Positions 18,653 to 27,417 of a DNA stretch of 64,000 nt are shown one piece after another. A program made the position numbers and the translations under genes. The notes below the pieces were generated by a model that saw only the letters and a list, made by a program, of their open reading frames with translations, made no database searches and had not been told where the DNA came from. The DNA is from Steroidobacteraceae bacterium. GTDB taxonomy: Bacteria > Pseudomonadota > Gammaproteobacteria > Steroidobacterales > Steroidobacteraceae. The number at the start of each line of letters is the position of its first letter. The first letter of the stretch is position 1. The stretch covers positions 53,445 through 117,444 of the forward strand of contig DATJTW010000023.1 of assembly GCA_035502995.1 (NCBI GenBank), in the 5' to 3' direction.

Positions 18653-19287
18653 AGGTTTGCACCGGGTAGATAGGCGCGCAGCGCGGCGCGGGTGGTGTCG
18701 GCGGATTCGAACTGGATCGCGTGCAGGCCGCTCTCGCGCGCGGCGACGACGTTCTTCAGCAGGTCGTCGATGAACACGCTCTCGGCGGGCACGATGCCGG
18801 TCCGCTCGACGAGGTGCTTGTAGATCGCCGGCTCGGGCTTGATCAGCAGGATGGCGCCGGAGATCACGAGTTGTTTGAAGTGTGCGAAGAAGCCGTGGGC
18901 CTTCACGAGGTATTCGTACGTGCTCACCGGCATGTTGGAGAGCACGTAGAGGTGCACGCCGGCGGCGGCCAGATCCTCGACGAGCTCGATCGAGCCGGGG
19001 ACGGGATGCAGCGATGCGTTGGCGGTCTGGAGCAGGCGGCGCATCTGCTCGGGCGAGAGGCCGGCGCGCTGGCCGAACTGCGTGACCGCGCGGTCGACGT
19101 CGATGGAGCCGCGGTCGAACTCGTGCCACTCCGGGTGCTGGAAGATCTCGCGGAGCACCAGCGCCTGCTGGGCGGGATCGGGGACGACGGTGGCGATGAA
19201 GGCCGGCGGGTCCCACCTGAGGAGGACACCGCCGACGTCGAAGACGACGTTGCGGATGGGCATGCCCTCAAGGGTAAATGGGGACAT
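18649..19287 (-). CDS. HAD-superfamily hydrolase (subfamily IA-like)
   Basis: 212-aa ORF. Motif I VVFDVGGVLL, then LSNM and FIDD motifs. The true start may be ATG 19263 (MPIRNVVFDVGG), because ATG 19287 lies inside the intergenic repeat. Confidence 0.8.
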   Translation of the reverse strand: MSPFTLEGMPIRNVVFDVGGVLLRWDPPAFIATVVPDPAQQALVLREIFQHPEWHEFDRGSIDVDRAVTQFGQRAGLSPEQMRRLLQTANASLHPVPGSIELVEDLAAAGVHLYVLSNMPVSTYEYLVKAHGFFAHFKQLVISGAILLIKPEPAIYKHLVERTGIVPAESVFIDDLLKNVVAARESGLHAIQFESADTTRAALRAYLPGANL

Positions 19288-19372
19288 TCCTCATTTGCTA
19301 GCAAAAGGGGACACTCCTGAAGCAGGAGCGTCCCCTTTCGCCCGCTACGCGGCGCAAATGAGGAAAGTCCCC
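19280..19372. repeat. REP-like nested palindromic element (family 1, GGGGACA...)
   Basis: GGGGACATTCCTCATTTGC (19280-19298) pairs with GCAAATGAGGAAAGTCCCC (19354-19372). An inner hairpin GCAAAAGGGGACACTCCTG / CAGGAGCGTCCCCTTTCGC lies between. The first 40 nt match 56851-56890 at 33/40 positions. Confidence 0.7.
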
Positions 19373-19386
19373 ACGGTGCCGCAGCT

Positions 19387-20013
19387 CTATCGCCGCGTCG
19401 CGAGCAGCTTGATCCCGAAGAAGATGATCGCCGCGCCGAACACTCGCTCGATCCACAACATCACGCGCGAGCCCTTCAGCGCACGCGCGCCGCGCACCGC
19501 GAGCTGCGCGTATGACATCAGGAACGCGCCGTCTACGACCACCGTGATCACGAACATGATCGCGAGCTGCGGCAACACGGGCCGCGACCGGTCGATGAAC
19601 TGCGGCAGCAGCGCCAGCACGAACAGCAGGTTCTTCGGATTCGTCAGCTGCACGGCGAGCCCTTGAAGCGCGATGCCGTGATGGGCAGGCGGCGTGTCCG
19701 TCACGACGGCCTGCGGCGGCTGCGCCTTCGACAGCAGCATCTTCACGCCGAGATAGATGAGGTACAGCGCACCGGCGATGCGGATCACGTCGACCGCCGT
19801 GCTGAAGCGCGCCAGCAACGCGGCGAGCCCGAACGCGACCAGCGTGAAGCAGACCACGTGGCCGAGCAGGATGCCGGTGGTGCCGGCGATCGCGCCGCGC
19901 TGGCCGAAGCGCGCGCCCTGCGACATCACGAACAGGACGGCGGGACCGGGAGACAGCGCGAAGAGGCTCCAGGTGGCGAGGTAGAGGAGGAAGGTGTCGA
20001 AAGCCATGGGCAC
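19387..20013 (-). CDS. LysE/RhtB-family amino-acid exporter
   Basis: 208-aa ORF with six hydrophobic segments and the LysE-type N-terminus FLLYLATWSLFALSPGPAVLFVMSQG. Confidence 0.85.
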   Translation of the reverse strand: MPMAFDTFLLYLATWSLFALSPGPAVLFVMSQGARFGQRGAIAGTTGILLGHVVCFTLVAFGLAALLARFSTAVDVIRIAGALYLIYLGVKMLLSKAQPPQAVVTDTPPAHHGIALQGLAVQLTNPKNLLFVLALLPQFIDRSRPVLPQLAIMFVITVVVDGAFLMSYAQLAVRGARALKGSRVMLWIERVFGAAIIFFGIKLLATRR

Positions 20014-20079
20014 ACTATATTCATTGCGGCGAATGGAGTTCCGGCCGGTCGGGCGGAATTCCGGTGCGCCGTATCGGAG

Positions 20080-21549
20080 TCATCCGGTCCGAAAGCGTAG
20101 CTCGTGCGGCAGCGCCGGATCGTCATCGACGACGACGGGCTGGGCCGGGTGCCGGTAGTAGTCGGCGTCGATCTGCGAAAGGCGTTCTTCGATGGCGAGC
20201 AGGCCGGGAGGATCCGGGCGATCGACGCGCAGCTGTTCGAGGCTCGGGCCGATCACGGCGGCGAGATCCACGCCCACCGCCGCCGCGCGCTGTGCCGAAG
20301 TCGGATGCGAGTCGAGAGGGTGCGGGGTGTGTGAGGCGAGAAGGCCGCGGCTCAGTTTGTCGGGCTCGATGGCGCCGAGGAAACCCCGCACGTGCGCCAG
20401 ATAGTCGAGACCCATGTTCTTCCGGGATACGCCCCGGTGCAGCAGCTGGCTCGTCCCTCGATGGAAGGCTTCCCAACGGATCGACATCAAGGTGAACTTC
20501 ACGAGCAGCGACGTGATCGCGACGGGCGTACTGACTTCGAGCGCGGCGCGGTCTGCCGCGAATTCCCGTTCGCGATTGATCCCGCTCACGATCCGGCCGA
20601 GGGTGTGGAGCATGAACGCGAGGAAGCCCACCGCCGGGATCATCGCGAGCGAAGCGGCGTCCGGCTCTTCGCTCGCGTGGGCGTGCACCGATTCCGTGGC
20701 GATCTGCAAACTCCGGAATGCGGGCGCGAAACGCCGGCTGAACTCGAGGTCGGCGCCGCGAAAGTGACCGAGTTCGTGGCCGATCACCGCGTCCAGCTCC
20801 GCGTCGTCGAGCAGCCGCAATGCGAATGAGGGTAGATAGAGCGTCTCGGCGCCCGGCAGGTCGCCCACACCGCGCAGTCGGATGACCGTGTCGGCAACGA
20901 AGGCGTTCGGTTCGATCCCCACGATCAGGCGGCTCGGCGCGACCGATCCGAGCTTCTGCGCGATCCGTGCGATGCGATCGAACAATGCCGGCATCTCCGC
21001 GCGCTCCACGACGACGCCCGTGATGCGCAGCGGATCGATCTCGAGCATGCGGCGCAGGTCGCTGACGATGCCGATGGCCGTCAGGATCAGCGTGCCTCCG
21101 AGGATTGCAGGCACGGCGATGATCCTGATGTTTTCCGGGACGAGCCCGACCTGCATGCCTTCCCAGGTGGCGAACCACAGCAGCAGCCCATGAGAGAGAA
21201 GGAGTACGGGTAGCAGCCCGAGCATCACCCGCACCAGCATCGGAAAAAACCGCGCCAGGAGATTGCGATCCCGCGCCAGTGCATACGCGGCGAGCAGGTA
21301 CAGCAGCGGCAGCCCGAGCGATACGGCGAGCGCAATCGAGGACGCGTCGGACAAGAAATCCATCGTGCCGAGCGCTTCGCAGACGGGGTGCGATTCGTTG
21401 CCCGGCCGGGCGCAAACCGCTGCGAGGCCCGAAATCGTATCGAAGTGATTCACTTCGACCAGGCGGTTCTTGCCGTAGTTCGAAGCAAAGAGGCCGAGCG
21501 CGGGTACCGCGGTCAGGCTGACGATGAAAAGGACTATCTTGCCGAACAC
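20080..21549 (-). CDS. membrane-anchored M48-family zinc metalloprotease
   Basis: 489-aa ORF with a polytopic N-terminal region. Zinc motif VIGHELGHF, with a downstream E in REFAADRAA. Confidence 0.75.
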   Translation of the reverse strand: MFGKIVLFIVSLTAVPALGLFASNYGKNRLVEVNHFDTISGLAAVCARPGNESHPVCEALGTMDFLSDASSIALAVSLGLPLLYLLAAYALARDRNLLARFFPMLVRVMLGLLPVLLLSHGLLLWFATWEGMQVGLVPENIRIIAVPAILGGTLILTAIGIVSDLRRMLEIDPLRITGVVVERAEMPALFDRIARIAQKLGSVAPSRLIVGIEPNAFVADTVIRLRGVGDLPGAETLYLPSFALRLLDDAELDAVIGHELGHFRGADLEFSRRFAPAFRSLQIATESVHAHASEEPDAASLAMIPAVGFLAFMLHTLGRIVSGINREREFAADRAALEVSTPVAITSLLVKFTLMSIRWEAFHRGTSQLLHRGVSRKNMGLDYLAHVRGFLGAIEPDKLSRGLLASHTPHPLDSHPTSAQRAAAVGVDLAAVIGPSLEQLRVDRPDPPGLLAIEERLSQIDADYYRHPAQPVVVDDDPALPHELRFRTG

Positions 21550-21644
21550 GCACGGCCTCCCAACCGACGCGACCGGCTCGAACTATCCACGTTGGTCGCG
21601 AGCCGGGCAAGCATTTGCCCGGCCCTGCAGGACATCGGAGGAGT

Positions 21645-23093
21645 CTACGCCTTGATCGGCATCGGCACCGCGTCATTCCGCGTCGGCATCGGCGCCACCA
21701 CCGGCGACGTCAACCCCTGCACCAGCTCCTCGATCTTCACCGCGCCACCGCTGACGAAGCTCTTGTTCGCCGACGCGCCGATCAGGCACGAGTACAGGCC
21801 GCTGCGCTCGTCCGCCGCGCGCTTGTACTTGTCGGGCTCGGCCGTGCCGAACACCTCGGTCAGCATCACGTTGTCGCCGCCACCATGGCCGCCCGCGCCG
21901 GTCCACGGCTCGATGACCTGCGGCTTGCCGCGCATCGGGATCACGCGCGTCGTGATCGCGTCGGCCTCTTCGCCCTGGTAGTTAGTGGCGCCGGCCGACG
22001 TCGCGCCGCCCTCGACGATGCGGTGCTCGAGCCGGCCCTTCGTGCCGTTGAACGCGATGTGGTAACCCTCCCACGCGTTGAACGCATTCAGCGAGTACGA
22101 CAGCGTCGCACCCGTCCTGTACTTCACGATGACGTTCATCGTGTCCTCGATGCTGATCTCCGGGCGGAACACGCAGCGGTCGCGGAGGTAGCCGTCGTAC
22201 TTCTCGTTGTCGAGATAGAGGTCCTTGAAGTTCTGGTCTGCGCCGATGTCGAGATAGAACGTGCACTTCTGCTTCTCGGGACACGTGAGGCAGCGCTCGT
22301 GCGGCCCCTGCAGCCCGAAACGCTTCGCCATCGCCGGCGTGTAGAACTCGCGCTTGCCGTAGGCCTGCACGATCTCCGGCTCGCTGCCCAGCCACCAGTT
22401 CACGAGGTCGAAGTGGTGCGTCGCCTTGTGGATCATCAAACCACCGGAGATCGCCTTGTTGCTGTGCCAGCGGCGGAAGTAGTCGGCGCCGTGCAGCGTG
22501 TTCAACAGCCAGTGGAAATCCACGCTCATCACGTCGCCGATGGCGCCGGACATCAGGATGTCCTTGACCTGCGTGCGCGGCGGCGAGTAGCGGTAGTTGA
22601 ACAACACGCGCACGTGGCGGTTGTTGCGCTTGCAGGCGTCGACGATGCGCTGCGCCTTCTCGGGCGTGGTGGTCAGCGGCTTCTCGGTGATGCAGTCGCA
22701 GCCGGCGTCGAGCGCGCGCACGATGTAGTCGTCGTGGAAACCGTCGGGGCAGGTGACGATGACGCAGTCCGGCTTCAGCTCCTTGAGCATCTTGTCGAAG
22801 TCGGCGGCGGCGTATTTCTTCGGCGGTTTGGTACCGGTCTTCGCGAGGTTCGGCGAGACGAAGCGCACGGCCGTGTCGAGGCGGCCCGGGTTCACGTCGC
22901 AGATGCCGACCAGCTCGTTGTCCTTCGCGAAGGTGTCGGTGATCGCGGTGAGGTACATGCGCGAGCGCGAGCCCACGCCGACGTTCACGAACTTGCGCCG
23001 GCGCCCGGCCGCCATCGAGCTCGCCGCGAAACCCACGGCGGCGACGCCGGCGGTCTTCAACAGGGCGCGCCGGTCGATCGTTGATTCACTCAT
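21645..23093 (-). CDS. Tat-exported Gfo/Idh/MocA-family oxidoreductase
   Basis: Track ORF 21645..23156 trimmed to ATG 23093. Tat-like signal MSESTIDRRALLKTAGVAAVGFAA. Rossmann start FVNVGVGSRS and a Gfo/Idh/MocA C-terminal alpha/beta domain. Confidence 0.85.
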   Translation of the reverse strand: MSESTIDRRALLKTAGVAAVGFAASSMAAGRRRKFVNVGVGSRSRMYLTAITDTFAKDNELVGICDVNPGRLDTAVRFVSPNLAKTGTKPPKKYAAADFDKMLKELKPDCVIVTCPDGFHDDYIVRALDAGCDCITEKPLTTTPEKAQRIVDACKRNNRHVRVLFNYRYSPPRTQVKDILMSGAIGDVMSVDFHWLLNTLHGADYFRRWHSNKAISGGLMIHKATHHFDLVNWWLGSEPEIVQAYGKREFYTPAMAKRFGLQGPHERCLTCPEKQKCTFYLDIGADQNFKDLYLDNEKYDGYLRDRCVFRPEISIEDTMNVIVKYRTGATLSYSLNAFNAWEGYHIAFNGTKGRLEHRIVEGGATSAGATNYQGEEADAITTRVIPMRGKPQVIEPWTGAGGHGGGDNVMLTEVFGTAEPDKYKRAADERSGLYSCLIGASANKSFVSGGAVKIEELVQGLTSPVVAPMPTRNDAVPMPIKA

Positions 23094-23230
23094 CTCTATG
23101 TCCCCCCGAGGAATGGCTGGCTGGTCTGGCTGAGATCGAGCGCGAAGATACCGCAAATCCGATCAGAAGCGATCACGGGCGAGCACGCCAGTGAAGAGTC
23201 GGTAATACTCGGGCGCCTGAAGGGGGATCG

Positions 23231-25423
23231 ATGAAGCTGCTCTCGTTCGTTGCCACGACGCTGATCGCCGCGACCGCGATGGCCGCACCCATCGACCGCC
23301 ACGCGCTCGTGATGCGGCACAACCCTACGGTCACGACCATAGACCGCGCCGCGCCGCTGATGGTCGGCAACGGCAACCTGGCCTTCACGGCCGACATCAC
23401 CGGCCTGCAGACGTTTCCCGAACAGTATTCGCCGCTGGTGCCGCTGCTCATCGAATCGCAATGGGGCTGGCACAGCTTTCCGAATCCGGGCGGCGTCACG
23501 CTCGATGCGGCGCAGGTCGACGTCGGCGTGCCGGGCGTGCGCGGCAAGTATCCGTACCTGCGCAACTGGGACGAGGCGAAGAATCCCGCGATCCAGTGGC
23601 TGCGCGAGAACCCGCACAAGTTCTCGCTGGGCCGCGTGGGCCTGGCGCTGACGAATGGCGCCGGCAAACCCGCCGCGTTCGCGGATCTCTCGGCCAGCAA
23701 ACAAACACTGGATCTGTGGAGCGGACGGCTCTCGAGCTCGTTCACGTTCGACGGCGAGCCCGTCGAGGTCGAGACGTCGATGCACCCGGTCCGCGACGTC
23801 CTGATCGTGCGCGTAAAGTCGCGGCTCGTGTTCGACGGCCGGCTCGGCGTCGATCTCGCGTTCCCCGGCGTGAACAAGGCGATCAACCCGGATCCCGCCG
23901 ACTGGTCGAACCCCGACGCGCACGTCACGAACGAGATCTCGCGCGGCGCCGGCGGCCTCGAGCTCACGCGGCAGATCGACGACACGACGTACGCCGTGCG
24001 CGTCGCGTCGGATCGCGAGCTCGACATCGCGACGCCGGCGCGGCATCGCTACCGGCTGACCGCGCCCGGCGCCACGCAGATGACGCTGCTGATCGAGTTC
24101 TCGCCGCGGGTCGATCCGGAGAAACTGCCCGACGCCGAGACCGCGCGCGCCACCGTCGCGCGCTGGTGGAACGACTACTGGACGCGCGGCGCGATGGTCG
24201 AGCTGAAGGACAGCAAGGATCCGCGCGCCGACGAGCTCGAGCGCCGCATCGTGTTGTCGCAGTACCTGACGGCCGTGAACAGCGCCGGCGTCTATCCACC
24301 GCAGGAAGAGGGCCTGTTCTCCAACAGCTGGAACGGCAAGTTCCATCTCGAGATGCACGCCTGGCACTCGGGGCATTTCGCGAGCTGGGGCCGGCCCGAC
24401 CTGCTCGAGCGCAGCATGTCCTGGTACGTGGCCCAACTACCGAACGCGCAGGCGCGGGCGCGCTCGCACAAGCTGCGCGGCGCGTGGTGGCCGAAGATGG
24501 TCGGGCCCGAAGGGCGCGAGAGCCCGAGCACGGTCAATCCGTTCATCATGTGGCAGCAGCCGCATCCCATCTACCTGGCCGAGTCGCTGTGGCTGGACAC
24601 CCGGGACCCGAAGACGCTCGACACATATAAAGGAGTGGTGTTCGGCACGGCCGACCTGCTGGCCAGCTGGGCGACGTACGACCGGAAGACGAAACGCTTC
24701 CGTCTCGGCCCGCCGATCATCCCGGCGCAGGAGACGCACGCGCCGCTGACCACGTTCAACCCGACGTTCGAGCTCGAGTACTGGCGCTTCGGGTTGAAGA
24801 CGGCGCAGGCGTGGCGCGAGCGGCTCGGCCTGAAGCGCGATCCCAAGTGGGACGACGTGTTGAAGAAGCTGTCGCCGCTGCCGCAGAAGGACGGGCTCTA
24901 TCTGGCCGCGGAATCGCAGCCGGACCTGTGGGAAAAGACGCGCACGCCGGCCTGCTCGAAGAAGGCGGGGCCGGACTGCCCGAACCGTGATCATCCGTCG
25001 TTCGTCGCCGCGCTCGGACTGTTGCCGGGTGAAGACGTCGATCACGAGACCATGCGCCGCACGCTCGATGCCGTCATCAGCGACTGGGACCTGCGCCAGA
25101 CCTGGGGCTGGGACTGGCCGATGCTGGCGATGACCGCGTGGCGGCTCGGCGAGCGCGACCGGGCGTTCGATTTCCTGTTGAGCGAGGCGAAGAATTTCCA
25201 GTTCGGGGCGAGTGGGATGACGCCGCGGTTACACATTGCGGACGACGCCGCGCCGCATGCGGCGGGGACGGAGGACACGCCGGGATATCGGCGGGTTGCC
25301 GAGACCTATTTCCCCTCGAATGGCGCGTTGTTGCTGGCCGTCGCGCTGATGGCTAACAATCCCGGCGAGCCGGGTGACGGCCGCTGGGTGATCCACGCGG
25401 AAGGGTTTCGCCCGGTTCCTTAA
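23231..25423 (+). CDS. secreted 730-aa hypothetical protein (possibly an (alpha/alpha)6 glycoside-hydrolase-like enzyme)
   Basis: Signal peptide MKLLSFVATTLIAATAMAAP. Codon usage is coherent, but I recognise no diagnostic motif. The hydrolase guess rests only on size, secretion and the neighbouring oxidoreductase. Confidence 0.5.
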   Translation: MKLLSFVATTLIAATAMAAPIDRHALVMRHNPTVTTIDRAAPLMVGNGNLAFTADITGLQTFPEQYSPLVPLLIESQWGWHSFPNPGGVTLDAAQVDVGVPGVRGKYPYLRNWDEAKNPAIQWLRENPHKFSLGRVGLALTNGAGKPAAFADLSASKQTLDLWSGRLSSSFTFDGEPVEVETSMHPVRDVLIVRVKSRLVFDGRLGVDLAFPGVNKAINPDPADWSNPDAHVTNEISRGAGGLELTRQIDDTTYAVRVASDRELDIATPARHRYRLTAPGATQMTLLIEFSPRVDPEKLPDAETARATVARWWNDYWTRGAMVELKDSKDPRADELERRIVLSQYLTAVNSAGVYPPQEEGLFSNSWNGKFHLEMHAWHSGHFASWGRPDLLERSMSWYVAQLPNAQARARSHKLRGAWWPKMVGPEGRESPSTVNPFIMWQQPHPIYLAESLWLDTRDPKTLDTYKGVVFGTADLLASWATYDRKTKRFRLGPPIIPAQETHAPLTTFNPTFELEYWRFGLKTAQAWRERLGLKRDPKWDDVLKKLSPLPQKDGLYLAAESQPDLWEKTRTPACSKKAGPDCPNRDHPSFVAALGLLPGEDVDHETMRRTLDAVISDWDLRQTWGWDWPMLAMTAWRLGERDRAFDFLLSEAKNFQFGASGMTPRLHIADDAAPHAAGTEDTPGYRRVAETYFPSNGALLLAVALMANNPGEPGDGRWVIHAEGFRPVP

Positions 25424-25434
25424 CCCGAGGGGTC

Positions 25435-25860
25435 GTGGTGTCCGACGGTTTCTGGTTCCGCTCGACCCTGTTCGAGATCGAGCCCGGCGAAGACGGCGAG
25501 ATCAACCCGGGCATCTACGGCCGCCAGCTCGCGAGCTGGTTGCGGCACAAACTACTGGCCGCGGGGTACGACATCGAAGACGTCATCAACGAGGACTGGG
25601 GCCGCTGCCTGATGTGCCAGCGTTCTCCGTTCGCGTTGTGGGTGGGCGTCGGCAGCGTCGGTGACGGGGACGCCGACACCGGCGCCGCGCCGCCCGCGGA
25701 CGAGATCGTCTGGCACTGCTTCGCGGTCACCGAGGGTGGCCTGAGGATGCGTTTCTTCGGTCGCAAGAGCGAGATCGACACGGCGCGCGAGGCACTGGAC
25801 GCGGCGTTGAAATCCATCCTGCTCGCCGAGCCGCGGATCCTGATCGTCCCGGAACCCTGA
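25435..25860 (+). CDS. hypothetical protein
   Basis: 141-aa ORF with GTG start, 12 nt after the previous stop. Non-shadow amino-acid composition. No family recognised. Confidence 0.5.
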   Translation: MVSDGFWFRSTLFEIEPGEDGEINPGIYGRQLASWLRHKLLAAGYDIEDVINEDWGRCLMCQRSPFALWVGVGSVGDGDADTGAAPPADEIVWHCFAVTEGGLRMRFFGRKSEIDTAREALDAALKSILLAEPRILIVPEP

Positions 25861-26023
25861 TCCGCGCCGTGACGCAGTAGATAGGCCGCTGCGCCTTTCC
25901 CTTACGCGCCCCCGGGCAGGGTGGCGTTTCCGTTCCATAATCGCCTGACAATAATCCGCGCGGCGGCGCCGAGCGGAAGATCGGTCACGGACGGCGGCAA
26001 TGCCGCGCCGCTAAGCTGGCCGC

Positions 26024-26380
26024 ATGAAAAATGTCAGCTCCGCCCAGTCCACCCCGCCGCCGCGACAGGTCCCGCAGCAGGTGCAGCGCCACGAACGCGC
26101 CGAGCGTCCCGAGCGCGTCGAACGCACCGAGCGGAACGTCGAGAAGCAGGCGGTCACCGTCACGCGCTCCACGACGGAGTCGCATCACTCGGTCGAGTCC
26201 CGCGGCCGGCAGGAAGCGGTGCTCGATTCGGAGCACAAGCTGCTGTACATGCGGAACGCGGCGCGGGTTCATGAGGATTCCAACGAGGTGTCGCGGACGC
26301 TGACGTATACGCAGCAGGCGGCGCACGTGACGACGTCGGTGAATGATGGGGCGCAGCCGTTGCTGGACGTGCGCGTCTAG
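26024..26380 (+). CDS. hypothetical charged, low-complexity protein
   Basis: 118-aa ORF with an ER-rich repeat (HERAERPERVERTERNVEK). Composition differs from GC-shadow ORFs. Confidence 0.45.
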   Translation: MKNVSSAQSTPPPRQVPQQVQRHERAERPERVERTERNVEKQAVTVTRSTTESHHSVESRGRQEAVLDSEHKLLYMRNAARVHEDSNEVSRTLTYTQQAAHVTTSVNDGAQPLLDVRV

Positions 26381-26445
26381 CCTGAAAAGCAGGGTCGGCG
26401 GGGTCCGTTGGACTCCGCCCGCGGATCGCGTGAAGATGCCGCCCC

Positions 26446-27417
26446 ATGACCCTCACCGAGCTCCGCTACATCGTCGCGCTGGCCCAGGAGCAGCATTTCG
26501 GCCGTGCCGCCGAACGTTGCCACGTCAGCCAGCCGACGCTGTCGATCGCGGTCAAGAAGCTCGAGGACGAGCTCGGCGTCCTGTTCGAACGCGGCAAACA
26601 GAAGATCCTGCCGACGCCGCTGGGCGAGAAGATCGTCGCCATGGCGTCGCGCGTGCTCGAGCAGGCGGCCGCCATCAAGGACGTCGCCGAAGCCGACAAG
26701 GACCAGCTCGAAGGCCCGATCGCGCTCGGCACGCTGCCGACCATCGGTCCCTATCTGCTGCCGCAGTTCATCCCGCTGCTGCAGGAGACGAGCCGCAAGC
26801 TCTCGCTGTACGTCGAGGAAGGCACCACCACCGAGCTCGCCAACAAGCTGCGCAACGGCGACCTCGACGCGCTCCTCATCACGCAGCCGTTCGCCGAATC
26901 CGACGTCGTCACGCAGCCGCTGTTCGACGAACCGTTCATGCTGCTGATGCCGGCGGATCACAGGCTGGCCAGCCGCGCCCAGATCGCCGCCACCGACCTC
27001 GACCCGAACGAGCTGCTGTTGTTAGGCGAGGGCGCCGCGCTGCGCGAGCAGATCCTCGCCGCGTTCCCGCATCTCGATCCGAGCCGCGAATCCGGCGCCG
27101 GCGTGCGCACGTTCACGCAGGGCGCGACGCTCGAGACGCTGCGCCATATGGTCGCCTCGCGGCTCGGCATCACGATCCTGCCGCAGAGCGCCGCCGAGGC
27201 ACCGCTGTACGCGCCGAACCTGCTGATCACCCGGCCGTTCGCGCCGCCGGTGCCGAAACGCAGCCTGGCGCTGGCCTGGCGCGTGAGCTTCCCGCGACAT
27301 AAGGCGATCGACCTGCTGCGCAAGGCGATCCAGGCGAGCAGCTCGGCGTACTGGAACTACAATACCGCCCGCACGCCGGATGCCCCGGGTGTCATGGTGG
27401 AGAACCAGAACTGGTGA
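26446..27417 (+). CDS. LysR-family regulator, OxyR paralogue lacking the redox-sensing cysteines
   Basis: 323-aa ORF. The N-terminus MTLTELRYIVALAQEQHFGRAAERCHVSQPTLSIAVKKLEDELGV closely matches my recollection of Pseudomonas OxyR. The region equivalent to E. coli GHC(199)LRDQAMGFC(208) reads GEGAALREQILAAF. Confidence 0.85.
   Translation: MTLTELRYIVALAQEQHFGRAAERCHVSQPTLSIAVKKLEDELGVLFERGKQKILPTPLGEKIVAMASRVLEQAAAIKDVAEADKDQLEGPIALGTLPTIGPYLLPQFIPLLQETSRKLSLYVEEGTTTELANKLRNGDLDALLITQPFAESDVVTQPLFDEPFMLLMPADHRLASRAQIAATDLDPNELLLLGEGAALREQILAAFPHLDPSRESGAGVRTFTQGATLETLRHMVASRLGITILPQSAAEAPLYAPNLLITRPFAPPVPKRSLALAWRVSFPRHKAIDLLRKAIQASSSAYWNYNTARTPDAPGVMVENQNW

Noticed and set aside
19280-19372. 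Possible CRISPR array from the GGGGACA... repeats
   Set aside because: The copies are tens of kb apart or arranged as nested inverted repeats. There are no regularly spaced direct repeats with spacers and no cas genes.
25552-25951. Minus-strand ORFs 25552..25938 and 25727..25951
   Set aside because: They are short Arg-rich shadows antisense to the 141-aa hypothetical gene and the intergenic region, with no support.
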